Assembly (NCBI GenBank): GCA_020629755.1
Contig: JAHDCS010000005.1
Span: forward strand, 729 to 64,728
From: Flavobacteriales bacterium
GTDB lineage: Bacteria; Bacteroidota; Bacteroidia; Flavobacteriales_G; JALEGO01
Reading direction: 5' to 3'
DNA length: 64,000 nucleotides
Under the pieces are notes generated by a model. The model had not been told where the DNA came from and searched no databases. It was given only the letters and a program-made list of their open reading frames with translations. Made by a program: the position numbers and the translations under genes. Position 1 is the stretch's first letter; every line of letters begins with the position of its first letter. Below, piece after piece: positions 45,277 through 55,155 of the stretch.

Positions 45277-46116
45277 ATGTCAGCACATTCAGATAGCTTT
45301 TTTGCAAGTATGAAGTTTAAAAATATCATGAAGTATGTTTATGGTATTGGAGCAGCAGTAGTAATTTTAGGCGCATTATTTAAGATTATGCACTGGCCTG
45401 GAGCAGATATTATGCTTATCCTTGGATTAAGTACTGAAGCTGTCATCTTTATCATGTCTGTATTAGAACCCTTACATATTGAAAAAGAATGGGACTGGTC
45501 ACTTGTATATCCACAATTAGAAATAGGAGACAGCTCTGAGATAGACGAATTGCCTATGGCTTCAGCCGCGCCTGCAATTGCGTCGTCAGGTGCTTCGACA
45601 GGTGTTTCTCAGCAATTAGATGAACTTTTAGAAGAGGCTAAAATAGGCCCAGAACTTATTGAAAGTCTTGGGCAAGGCTTTAGAAATTTGACAGATCAAA
45701 CCTCAAAGTTGTCTGACATCACTTCTGCCTCTGATGATTTTACAACCAATCTAAAAAGCGCATCTAATAATGTGGCTTCTTTATCAGAAAGCTATGCAAA
45801 TGCCGCCTCTTCTTTAGCAGATATAGGTATTTCACCCGAAGACGGCCAAGGCTATGGCGAACAAATGAGAAAAATTACTGACAATTTATCGCAGCTAAAC
45901 TCAATGTATGAGATGCAACTCAAAGAAACTACTGACAATTTAAGCGCTGCAAGCAAAATGTCTGAAGGCGTAAGTGGTTTAATGAAAAATTTATCAGACT
46001 CTGTTGAAGACACTAAAAAATATAGAGAAAATATCTCTGAGCTAACTGGTAATTTGTCCGCATTAAATACCATTTATGGCAATATGTTAAATGCCATGAA
46101 TTTTAACAAAGGATAA
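45277..46116 (+). CDS. gldL: Gliding motor protein GldL (PorL)
   Basis: YGIGAAVVILGALFKIMHW, TEA, DWSLVYP, LN.IYGNML.AM. Confidence 0.97.
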   Translation: MSAHSDSFFASMKFKNIMKYVYGIGAAVVILGALFKIMHWPGADIMLILGLSTEAVIFIMSVLEPLHIEKEWDWSLVYPQLEIGDSSEIDELPMASAAPAIASSGASTGVSQQLDELLEEAKIGPELIESLGQGFRNLTDQTSKLSDITSASDDFTTNLKSASNNVASLSESYANAASSLADIGISPEDGQGYGEQMRKITDNLSQLNSMYEMQLKETTDNLSAASKMSEGVSGLMKNLSDSVEDTKKYRENISELTGNLSALNTIYGNMLNAMNFNKG

Positions 46117-46165
46117 TTGTACTAAACTCTAAGAAAGATTAACGTCTAACTAAAAACTAAAGACT

Positions 46166-47893
46166 ATGGCTGGTGGTAAAGAAACCCCACGGCAGAAAAT
46201 GATCGGGATGATGTACCTGGTATTAACTGCCCTTTTAGCAATGAATGCCCCTAAAGAACTCATTAACTCCTTTGTAGTAGTAAATGAAGGTCTTGTTAAA
46301 TCAAATGCTGGATTTGAGAGTAAAAACTCTCTCACTTTGAAGAGTTTTGAAAAAAGTGCCGCAGAAGATGAGGCATATCAAAAAGGGTTTCAAACAGCAA
46401 AATCTATTAAAGCTAAATCAAGTGCCTTGTACAAGCATATTGAAGAGTTAAAAAGGTATTTAATGATTAGAACAAGCAAGAGTTCATTTGAAGTACCTGA
46501 AGGGTTATCTACTGAAAATCAGTCTGAGTTAACAAAATTCTTAATGGAGACCCCAGGGTCTGACACGACTTACCTTCTCAAAAAGGTACTTGTTAAAGAT
46601 AACTACGATGTGCCCACTTTTGAAATGATCGGTAGTGATATGGCTAATCCGCGCCCGGAGACCGATTATTACAGTGCTTTAAATTTAAAAAAGAAAATAC
46701 AAGAATTTAAAGACGTTGCTCTTAAAGATTTTGATAAAGGTAAAAATGCAGCACTTTTTAATACTATGGAAAAAGCATTTAGCTTTGAAGATGTTGTAGA
46801 TCATGGTAAAACTATGCCCTGGGAAGTAGGGACCTTCTATCATTTGCCGCTTGCAGCAGTTATTACAAACTTATCAAGAATGCAATTAGATGTACTTAAT
46901 ATTGAAGCAGATGCATTAAATGAACTGATGAAAGATATCGCAGGGCAAAGGTTTCAAGTTGATGAATTACAAGCAAGAGTGCTGCCCAACACAAATTACG
47001 TTATGATGGGTGATAGCTTTAAGGCTGATATCTTTGTGTCGGCTTCTAGTTCTGCCATTGTGCCTGAAGTATATCTCACAAAAGATAAAGGCATGATCGA
47101 ACAGATTAATAAAAATGTTGAAGGTGTTGATGAGAGTAAATTAGAAAAAATAGCAAGTTCTGCCAATGGAGGTATTGTAACATATGGGCTCAAATCAAGC
47201 TCTGAGGGTGATTTTGAATGGGGTGGAATTGTTAAAGTTAAAAAACCAGATGGGTCGGGATACGATAAATACCCAATAGCGCCTCAAAAATATACAGTTG
47301 CAAAAGGAAATTTAACTATTTCTCCAACAGCTATGAATGTGTTTTACAGAGGTTTACCTAATCCTGTTAAGATCGCAGCACCAGGTGTAGCTTCAAATAA
47401 ATTATCTTTGAAATGTTCTAATGCTATAAGTGTTACACCTAAAAACAAAAGTATGGGTGAATGGATTGTAAAACCTGGAAAAGGAAAAAAATGCGAATGT
47501 ACACTTATTGGTGAAGTTAATGGAAAATCTAAAAAATTCGGGCCAGCAGGTTTTAGGGTTAAAAATGTGCCAAAACCAGAAGCTAAATTTGCTGGCATAA
47601 AAGCGAGTGGGTCTACTTCTTTATCTAAAGTGAAAGCGGCTGCAGGTGTGATTGCGGATATGGGGGATTTCGATTTTGCAGGAGCTAAGTTTAAGGTGGT
47701 TAGTTTTACCGTATCAACTATATATAAGGGACAACCTGTTGAGAAAAAAGTAAAAGGCAATAGAGTTACGTCTGATGCTAAAAAATTAATTGGTTCTCTG
47801 AAAAAAGGATCTAAGCTATACATAGAAGATGTTAAAGCAAAAGGGCCTAGCGGAATGGTAACTTTAGGCGGAATTAAAATAAAAATATTATAA
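46166..47893 (+). CDS. gldM: Gliding motor protein GldM (PorM)
   Basis: PRQKMIGMMYLVLTALLAMN, MNVFYRG..NP. Confidence 0.97.
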   Translation: MAGGKETPRQKMIGMMYLVLTALLAMNAPKELINSFVVVNEGLVKSNAGFESKNSLTLKSFEKSAAEDEAYQKGFQTAKSIKAKSSALYKHIEELKRYLMIRTSKSSFEVPEGLSTENQSELTKFLMETPGSDTTYLLKKVLVKDNYDVPTFEMIGSDMANPRPETDYYSALNLKKKIQEFKDVALKDFDKGKNAALFNTMEKAFSFEDVVDHGKTMPWEVGTFYHLPLAAVITNLSRMQLDVLNIEADALNELMKDIAGQRFQVDELQARVLPNTNYVMMGDSFKADIFVSASSSAIVPEVYLTKDKGMIEQINKNVEGVDESKLEKIASSANGGIVTYGLKSSSEGDFEWGGIVKVKKPDGSGYDKYPIAPQKYTVAKGNLTISPTAMNVFYRGLPNPVKIAAPGVASNKLSLKCSNAISVTPKNKSMGEWIVKPGKGKKCECTLIGEVNGKSKKFGPAGFRVKNVPKPEAKFAGIKASGSTSLSKVKAAAGVIADMGDFDFAGAKFKVVSFTVSTIYKGQPVEKKVKGNRVTSDAKKLIGSLKKGSKLYIEDVKAKGPSGMVTLGGIKIKIL

Positions 47894-47931
47894 TATCGTT
47901 ATATTTGTATAACAAGTTAAACTATTCTGCC

Positions 47932-48774
47932 ATGAAGTCATTTTTTGTTATACTTTTTAGTTGTTCAATTATTGTTTCTTTTGCACAAGAAAGCACAGTC
48001 TTAGATGGTGTGTATGTCAAAGAAAATACCCCGCATAGAAAAGTAGTGCCCTACCCTCACTTAAGAGAAGCCGATGTAAATTGGTCTAAACGAATTTGGA
48101 GACAAATCGATTTAAAACAAAAAATGAATCATCCGCTATATTATCCTGAACAACCTTCGCAGGGTAAAAAAAGCTTGTTTGATGTGATCAAGGATGGTAT
48201 TATGAAAGAAAACAACTTGACAGCTTATTATGTTGGAGATTTAGGAGACGATGACATGTTTACCAAAGAATTAACCCCTAACGAATTATTGGGTATTTTA
48301 AACGACTCCGTTACAAGTTATACAGAAGATCCTGATACAGGTGAAATGCTTGAGGTATCGACAGTAGAAGAAGTGACCTCTGATAAAATCACTCGTTATG
48401 AAATAAAAGAAGATTGGTTTTTTGACAAACAACGTTCTGTGATGGATGTGCGCATTGTGGGTATTTGCCCACTTTTAGCTGACTATGATGAGTTTGGCGA
48501 ATTTAAAGGCTACAAAAAACTATTTTGGGTGTACTTTCCAGAAGCAAGATATGTATTTGCCAATGCAGATGTACACAATCGTTTTTCTGATTCTGAAAGA
48601 AGAACCTATGAAGATATCTTCTGGAAAAGACAATTTGCCAGCTATATTGTAAAAGAATCTAATCCTTATGATCGTAGAATAAACGAATATAAAATTGGCA
48701 TGGATGCCCTTTTAGAAGCAGAAAAAATTAAAGAAAATATCTTTAATTACGAACAAGATATGTGGCATTACTAA
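47932..48774 (+). CDS. gldN: Gliding protein GldN (PorN)
   Basis: READV.WSKRIWR.IDL, IKEDWFFDK, FNYEQDMWHY. Confidence 0.96.
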   Translation: MKSFFVILFSCSIIVSFAQESTVLDGVYVKENTPHRKVVPYPHLREADVNWSKRIWRQIDLKQKMNHPLYYPEQPSQGKKSLFDVIKDGIMKENNLTAYYVGDLGDDDMFTKELTPNELLGILNDSVTSYTEDPDTGEMLEVSTVEEVTSDKITRYEIKEDWFFDKQRSVMDVRIVGICPLLADYDEFGEFKGYKKLFWVYFPEARYVFANADVHNRFSDSERRTYEDIFWKRQFASYIVKESNPYDRRINEYKIGMDALLEAEKIKENIFNYEQDMWHY

Positions 48775-48798
48775 ATCAAAATATCTATTAAAAGCATC

Positions 48799-48832
48799 AA
48801 GCCAGTCTTATATTATTAGACTGGCTTTTTTT
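48799..48832 (+). terminator. gldN terminator
   Basis: AAGCCAGTCT/AGACTGGCTT stem followed by a T-run. Confidence 0.8.
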
Positions 48833-48846
48833 ATTTTTGAAACTCT

Positions 48847-51480
48847 ATGACTTTAGCAAAAAACTTTGAGGCTCAACAAATTGAATCTAAATGGTTAGAT
48901 TATTGGTCTGAACATGCGCTTTATGAATCAAAGCCCAACCAAAAAGAAGCACATACTATTGTAATCCCCCCACCAAATGTAACAGGCATATTACATATGG
49001 GACACATGCTGAATAATACCATTCAAGATGTTTTGATTAGACGCGCGCGTCAAGAAGGTAAAAATGCATGCTGGGTGCCTGGAACAGATCATGCCTCTAT
49101 TGCAACAGAAGCCAAAGTATTAAAAATGCTTGCTGAAAAAGGCATCCAAAAAAAAGATCTTACCAGAGAAGCCTTCTTAACACATGCTCTAGAATGGAAA
49201 GACAAACATGGGGGTATTATTTTAGAACAACTCAAACGCTTAGGCTGCTCATGCGATTGGTCAAGAACCAAATTTACCATGGACAAAGAGATGACACAGG
49301 CTGTAATTAAAACCTTTGTTGATCTTTATGAAAAAGGCTTTATCTACAAAGGCATCCGTATGGTTAATTGGGATCCTGAGGCACAAACAGCCGTATCTGA
49401 TGAAGAAGTGATTCATAAAGAAGTTGATTCGTCACTATACCATATCAAGTATCAAATAAAAAACAGTTCTGAATGTATTGTCATAGCCACTACCCGGCCA
49501 GAAACTCTATTAGGCGATACGGCTATAGCCATCCACCCAAAAGATAAACGGTTTAAACAGCATCACCGTAAAACAGCTATAGTCCCCCTAATTGGGAGAG
49601 AAATCCCCATCATACTTGACGAATATGTAGATAAAGAATTTGGAACTGGAGCGCTTAAAATTACCCCAGCACATGACATCAATGACTATGAATTAGGCCT
49701 CAAACACAATCTTAATTCTATCGACATTTTAAACGACGATGGCACCTTAAATGAAAAAGCAGAAATCCTGATTGGTGAAGACAGATTTATAGCACGTAAG
49801 AAAATCGCAAAGCTTTTAAAGCAACAAAATGCGCTTATAAAGACAGAGCCTTTAAAAAATAAGGTCGGTTTTTCAGAGCGTACAGACGCAGTAATTGAGC
49901 CTAAGCTCTCTTTACAGTGGTTTGTAAAAATGGATGAACTCTCAAAACCAGCGCTTGAAAATGTGATGAATGACAACATCAAATTTCATCCTCCCAAATT
50001 TAAAAACAGCTATAAACATTGGATGGAAAATATCAAAGATTGGTGTATTTCTAGGCAACTCTGGTGGGGACAACAAATTCCGGCTTTTTATTATGGTGAT
50101 GGGGCTAACGATTTTGTAGTCGCTGAAAACAAAACACTAGCCCTTGAAAAAGCACAAAAAAAGACCAAGAAACCTCTTAAAGGAAGTGATTTAAAACAAG
50201 ACCCAGATGTTTTAGATACATGGTTTTCGTCATGGCTTTGGCCTATTTCTGTATTTGGAGGGATAAAAGATAAAACCAATAAGGAGATTCAGTACTACTA
50301 CCCTACTCAAGATTTGGTGACGGCTCCTGAAATTATGTTTTTCTGGGTGGCGCGAATGATCATGGCTGGCTATGCCTTTATGGGCGAGAAACCCTTTGAA
50401 AATGTCTATTATACAGGTATTGTAAGAGATAAACAAAGGCGGAAAATGTCGAAATCTCTGGGTAATTCTCCTGACCCCATAAAGCTGATGGAAAAATACG
50501 GGACAGATGCCGTTCGGGTGGGTATGTTACTAAGTTCACCAGCTGGTAACGACTTATTGTTTGATGAAAATTTATGTGCACAGGGACGAAATTTTTCAAA
50601 TAAAATATGGAATGCCTACAGGTTAATCTGCTCATGGAATACCAATGAAGAACAGAGCAGTGAGGCAGAAAAAATGGCCATTGATTGGATGACTCAAAGA
50701 ATACATAAAATAGGTTATGAAAATAACGCTTTATATAGCCAATATAGGTTATCTGATGTATTGATGAACCTTTATAAACTTATTTGGGACGACTTTTGTG
50801 CTTTGTTTTTAGAACTCATTAAGCCTGGATTTGAGCAAACTATCTCTGAAAAAACCACAAAAGACGTTAAAGCGCTTTTTGAAAATATATTAAAGCAATT
50901 GCACCCCTTTATGCCATTTATTACCGAAGAGCTATGGTCTAATTTAGAGTCTCGAGAAAAAGGCGAAAGTATTTCAACGGCAGCATGGCCTAAATTTAAC
51001 ACTACGTTTAACCAAAAGCTTTCAGAAGACTTTATTCTATTCTCTGGTATTACAAGCCATATACGAACCATTAGAAAAGAAAAAAACATCGGATTTAAAA
51101 CCCCAATACCTTTGTATTTTAAAGAAAATAATTTCGTGCATCCAAACATCATCCCACTGCTTAAAAAAATAAATAATTTGAGTGCTTTTGATAAATACGA
51201 TGAGAAGGCAAGCGGTTTACTCTCATTTATTGAGCAGAATCAAGAATATTTCATTAAAAACCCTGTGGGAGATCTTTCTGAGAATACAGCTGATATCTCA
51301 AAAATTCAAGAAGAAATCAACTACACCAAAGGCTTTTTAGCTTCTGTTGAGAAAAAATTAGCAAATGAGCGCTTTGTGCAAAATGCTCCAGAGAAAGTAG
51401 TAGAATTAGAACAAAAGAAAAAAGAAGATGCCCTACAAAAACTCAAACTTTTAAAAAAACAACTCTCAACGTGTAATTAG
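48847..51480 (+). CDS. valS: Valine--tRNA ligase
   Basis: PPPNVTG.LHMGH, DWCISRQLWWG, KMSKS, C-terminal coiled coil. Confidence 0.98.
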   Translation: MTLAKNFEAQQIESKWLDYWSEHALYESKPNQKEAHTIVIPPPNVTGILHMGHMLNNTIQDVLIRRARQEGKNACWVPGTDHASIATEAKVLKMLAEKGIQKKDLTREAFLTHALEWKDKHGGIILEQLKRLGCSCDWSRTKFTMDKEMTQAVIKTFVDLYEKGFIYKGIRMVNWDPEAQTAVSDEEVIHKEVDSSLYHIKYQIKNSSECIVIATTRPETLLGDTAIAIHPKDKRFKQHHRKTAIVPLIGREIPIILDEYVDKEFGTGALKITPAHDINDYELGLKHNLNSIDILNDDGTLNEKAEILIGEDRFIARKKIAKLLKQQNALIKTEPLKNKVGFSERTDAVIEPKLSLQWFVKMDELSKPALENVMNDNIKFHPPKFKNSYKHWMENIKDWCISRQLWWGQQIPAFYYGDGANDFVVAENKTLALEKAQKKTKKPLKGSDLKQDPDVLDTWFSSWLWPISVFGGIKDKTNKEIQYYYPTQDLVTAPEIMFFWVARMIMAGYAFMGEKPFENVYYTGIVRDKQRRKMSKSLGNSPDPIKLMEKYGTDAVRVGMLLSSPAGNDLLFDENLCAQGRNFSNKIWNAYRLICSWNTNEEQSSEAEKMAIDWMTQRIHKIGYENNALYSQYRLSDVLMNLYKLIWDDFCALFLELIKPGFEQTISEKTTKDVKALFENILKQLHPFMPFITEELWSNLESREKGESISTAAWPKFNTTFNQKLSEDFILFSGITSHIRTIRKEKNIGFKTPIPLYFKENNFVHPNIIPLLKKINNLSAFDKYDEKASGLLSFIEQNQEYFIKNPVGDLSENTADISKIQEEINYTKGFLASVEKKLANERFVQNAPEKVVELEQKKKEDALQKLKLLKKQLSTCN

Positions 51481-51526
51481 CCAATCCTTAACAGCTACTT
51501 GGTTTTGTTTTGTTAAGGATTAGCTA
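51477..51526. terminator. Inverted repeat between convergent genes, probable bidirectional terminator
   Basis: TTAGCCAATCCTTAACA...TGTTAAGGATTAGCTAA (one mismatch). Confidence 0.65.
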
Positions 51527-51544
51527 AATAACTATAATAGTTTT

Positions 51545-52258
51545 TTAATTGTCTACCAGATCAACCATGCTTTGTGTGGTTGGATCATCTACCTCTATGC
51601 CAAAATCTCCACATACTGTTGCATGCGCAATGATATAAATTGTAGAGGAAGTAGGTTCTGAATCATAAGGGTATTCGTTTCCATAATCAACCGGATTTAG
51701 ATCCGTAGATCCGTCACTATTCACTATAAATGAATACTTGTCTATCTGTGCACCATCTAAATTTTGGTGTTTATCTGTATAGCGTCCTGGCGCAATTTTA
51801 CTTGGCAATTCATCTGATATATACACATGTGTTTCAAACAAACCAAAATGGTCATATGTTTCAAAGATTACTTCAGCGTCGCGGCCATTATATTCTACAT
51901 ATAATTCACCTATTTTACTCCCCTTAGATATATCACCTTGTCCGGCTGCTGCATATATCGGATAGGTAAATGTGCCTATATTTTCAATAGGTATAACCCA
52001 ACCCCAACGCTTATGATTTGAAATGCCTAGATCAAAAAATGAGAGATCTCCAAGAGCAAATGCAGTTTCACATTTGTACATTTCTGGGTCAACTTCTCCC
52101 TGATAATCACCCTCACCAAAAGGAAGTTCTGAAATTAAATGTTTTTTTTGGGCTGAGTCAGCAATACTTAAAGGATTTTGATGTTGTTCTTTAGCGCAAG
52201 AAGAAATAAGAAGAATGCCACTTAGTGCTAGGGTTGAAAAAAAGGGGGTACATTTCAT
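51545..52258 (-). CDS. Hypothetical lipoprotein
   Basis: Lipobox ISSC; beta-rich domain with ETAFA...WGW...IYAAAGQ...AHATVC. Confidence 0.75.
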   Translation of the reverse strand: MKCTPFFSTLALSGILLISSCAKEQHQNPLSIADSAQKKHLISELPFGEGDYQGEVDPEMYKCETAFALGDLSFFDLGISNHKRWGWVIPIENIGTFTYPIYAAAGQGDISKGSKIGELYVEYNGRDAEVIFETYDHFGLFETHVYISDELPSKIAPGRYTDKHQNLDGAQIDKYSFIVNSDGSTDLNPVDYGNEYPYDSEPTSSTIYIIAHATVCGDFGIEVDDPTTQSMVDLVDN

Positions 52259-52396
52259 GATTAACAGATTTTAAAAATTAAACTTAACCTTACTGTACGT
52301 TCAACTTTAAAAAAGGTTACCTATGTTATTATTTTAACCCGGATTATACATTAGAAAATCGACTACGCCTTTCCAATGCATAATCCGGGTTTAACG

Positions 52397-52428
52397 CAAA
52401 AAGCCCTTTATCTCTAAAGGGCTTTTTC
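52397..52428 (-). terminator. Terminator after the Cys-rich protein gene
   Basis: AAAAAGCCCTTTA-TCTC-TAAAGGGCTTTTT. Confidence 0.8.
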
Positions 52429-52454
52429 TATTCTCTTAATTAAGAGTGTTCTTT

Positions 52455-52853
52455 TTAATGGCTGTGGTTATGCCCACCAGTACATTGCTGTTTCTTGGTT
52501 GGCTGCGCCTTTACATCAGCACAACATACTTTTTCGCAATCTGGTGCACAAGCCTTTTTATCAGCAGATTTTGAACAAGGTTTTTCACAACCTGGCTTGC
52601 AAGCTTTTTTGTCCTTAGCTCCTTCACAAGAAGCCTTATCTTTTTTAGCACAACAGTCTTTATCTCCTCCTTTTTTGCATTTTTTTGCATTGGCACACTT
52701 TTTGGCCTTTGCGTTATCACAACACTTCTTTTCACATCCTGGTTTACAGGCTTTGGTTTCTACTTTTTCTTTAGCGGCATCTACTGCTTCTTGAGCTTGG
52801 TACGAGAAGCTTAAACCAAACATCATCATTAATAAACAACATACATTTTTCAT
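52455..52853 (-). CDS. Secreted Cys/Lys-rich, metallothionein-like small protein
   Basis: Signal peptide, 17 Cys in the mature part, KACxPxCEKxC repeats, HNHSH tail. Confidence 0.75.
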   Translation of the reverse strand: MKNVCCLLMMMFGLSFSYQAQEAVDAAKEKVETKACKPGCEKKCCDNAKAKKCANAKKCKKGGDKDCCAKKDKASCEGAKDKKACKPGCEKPCSKSADKKACAPDCEKVCCADVKAQPTKKQQCTGGHNHSH

Positions 52854-52908
52854 AATTGATCTATTTAATTAAGTTTAATAAGTTTCATTACTATTTAAGG
52901 TAAAGATA

Positions 52909-55155
52909 CTACTTTACATCTGCTTTAACGTAAATAATTTTGGAAAGTTGCACTTTTCCAGTGTAAAGTACCTGCATTTTTCTTGTGACCACTCCTTTTT
53001 TTGTGGCTTTAAAAATAATATCTAGTGCTTTACGCTCTCCGGGAGCTAGTGAAAACTCTTGTTCATTGACCACCGTGCACGAGCATTCTGATTCTATATC
53101 ATAAATATGAAGCGTATCTGAACCTGTATTTTTTAAAGTCAGCTCTGATTTTGATTTTGATCCGTACCTCAAGGTTCCTAAATCGATCAAAGAATCTACT
53201 TCAAGGCTTGAGATCGTCTCTGCTTTAGAGGTTTCAATATTTTGCGCCAAACTCACTGATAACACCTCTATTTTTCGCTCTTGTGCTGCTTTAATACTAT
53301 ATACAGAGTTCTGAACATCATGAAAATTATCGCTTACCGTAGTATCAGCACGGTATTCGCCAAAGGGTTCTTTTTTAAACTGAATATTCCCATTTTCGAG
53401 AAAGCTTAAAAGCGCTCCGTTTTTATATTGCTTGACATAATTTTGGAGGGATGAAATACGTCTTAAGGTCAGTTTTTCATTATAATCGCTCTTGGCCAGT
53501 GGAGAGGCATACCCTTTAACCGTTAAAAGAAAAGACCTCCCTGCCTTTAATTCTTTCTCTAGCAAAGCCATAAACATCTGCAAATCACTCACTCCTTTAT
53601 CGACCTTTTGAAAGAAAAAATCTTCTATATCTTCTTGAGCTGTTTGGGCTAGAGTATCGTCTAATCCTTTCGCATACTCTTTTTTATAGGTGTCGATTAA
53701 ATCTGTATAGCGCGTATAAGTCTCAAGATAATTTTTAGATGTAAGTGTGTCTGTGGTTTTTGGATCGGGTCTGTCATTATGAAAATATAAGGTAACGGGT
53801 AAATACTTATTGAGTTGTTCTAAAGAGGTATAAATGTCTGTAATGGTATCCGTACTGTCTTTTGGGGGATACTTAAATGCGTAAATATCACTGCAACAGC
53901 GTTGCGTATCTGACGCTGTTATATAGGGCCGATTTGAACTTAATAATCCGTACTGATCATAGAGAGCAAAATATAAATCATTGTGTGAAGAGTTTAGGGG
54001 GATGCCCACATTGTTGGGAACGCTTAATGATTTAAGAGGTCCGCAAGATTTAAAAATATCGTATCCGCCAAGCCCATGGTGCCAATCTGAACTAAAATAT
54101 AAACACCCATCTTGTGTATTATAAAAGGGCGTCACCTCATTTCCAGGTGAGTTGATTGTTCTGCCTGCATTTTTAGGCGTAGAAAACCGATCGCCATTGT
54201 TTTTAATTTCTGCATAAAAAATATCAAAGCCGCCTTTTCCGCCTCTTTTATTCGATGAAAAAAACAAGTACTCTTTTTTAGAAACCTCAACAACAAAAGG
54301 TTGTGTTGAAGAATATCCTTCGGGATTAATAGTCATAGGAAGCATTTGGGGTTCTGACCAACCAGAGGCTGTTTTTTTAGTTTTATAAAGCGCGCAATCA
54401 CGCCCTTCGCATCTTGAAAAAAATCCTAGTTTTCTGTCTTTGGTTAACACAAAATTAGCCTGATGATATGCGCTGTTGTTGACCATTAGATCAAAAGTTT
54501 GTGGCTTACCAAAATCTAATACAGAAGTATCCACAGAAGCCTGAATAATAGAAATAGGTTTTTGTTTAATATTTGTGGCCTCTTTAGTGTTTTCATCGTA
54601 CTTTAATTGTGCATAATATAAAGTGTTGTCAAATACCTTAGGGGCAAAATCGGCATATTTAGAGTTTAAAGGCTCATCTGCTCTTTGAACCTCTAAGGCT
54701 AAGGTATCTAATACTATTTTTTGAGCTACATCTATGCTGACCAATTCATTTTTAGCTCTTCTTTTTAAAAGCGAAGGTGCTCTTCGATACGTTTTAGAAA
54801 ACACAGAGAGCATTTGTTTTGATTCTTCATACGAGCCTTTTATTTTTAAGAGCAGTGCTTTGTAAAAAAAAGCCTCAGCCATTGTTTTATTTTTATCTTT
54901 TTCAATGACTTGATCATAGGCCAAAAGTGCTTTTGCATTTTCATTCATCTTTCTGAGTGAATGCGCGTGATTCAATAGTAAATCTACTTGATCTTCATTG
55001 GCTTTATATCCCTCTAAATAATAAGCGGCAGCAGCGGCATAATCAAGTTTTTGTTCTGCTTCAAGGCCTTTTTTTATCCAGCCATTATTACTGCTTTGAG
55101 AGAGTAGTGAAAAGACAAAAAAAATACACGCTATAGTGTTTAAAATCTTACACAT
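52909..55155 (-). CDS. TPR + PD40 propeller + degenerate OmpA-like + DUF1573/Ig-like protein (PorE-like)
   Basis: N-terminal TPRs, FSSNKRGGKGGFDI and FSSDWHHGLGGYDI PD40 repeats, YN..L..RR, NTG...I..I..EC.CT. Confidence 0.8.
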   Translation of the reverse strand: MCKILNTIACIFFVFSLLSQSSNNGWIKKGLEAEQKLDYAAAAAYYLEGYKANEDQVDLLLNHAHSLRKMNENAKALLAYDQVIEKDKNKTMAEAFFYKALLLKIKGSYEESKQMLSVFSKTYRRAPSLLKRRAKNELVSIDVAQKIVLDTLALEVQRADEPLNSKYADFAPKVFDNTLYYAQLKYDENTKEATNIKQKPISIIQASVDTSVLDFGKPQTFDLMVNNSAYHQANFVLTKDRKLGFFSRCEGRDCALYKTKKTASGWSEPQMLPMTINPEGYSSTQPFVVEVSKKEYLFFSSNKRGGKGGFDIFYAEIKNNGDRFSTPKNAGRTINSPGNEVTPFYNTQDGCLYFSSDWHHGLGGYDIFKSCGPLKSLSVPNNVGIPLNSSHNDLYFALYDQYGLLSSNRPYITASDTQRCCSDIYAFKYPPKDSTDTITDIYTSLEQLNKYLPVTLYFHNDRPDPKTTDTLTSKNYLETYTRYTDLIDTYKKEYAKGLDDTLAQTAQEDIEDFFFQKVDKGVSDLQMFMALLEKELKAGRSFLLTVKGYASPLAKSDYNEKLTLRRISSLQNYVKQYKNGALLSFLENGNIQFKKEPFGEYRADTTVSDNFHDVQNSVYSIKAAQERKIEVLSVSLAQNIETSKAETISSLEVDSLIDLGTLRYGSKSKSELTLKNTGSDTLHIYDIESECSCTVVNEQEFSLAPGERKALDIIFKATKKGVVTRKMQVLYTGKVQLSKIIYVKADVK

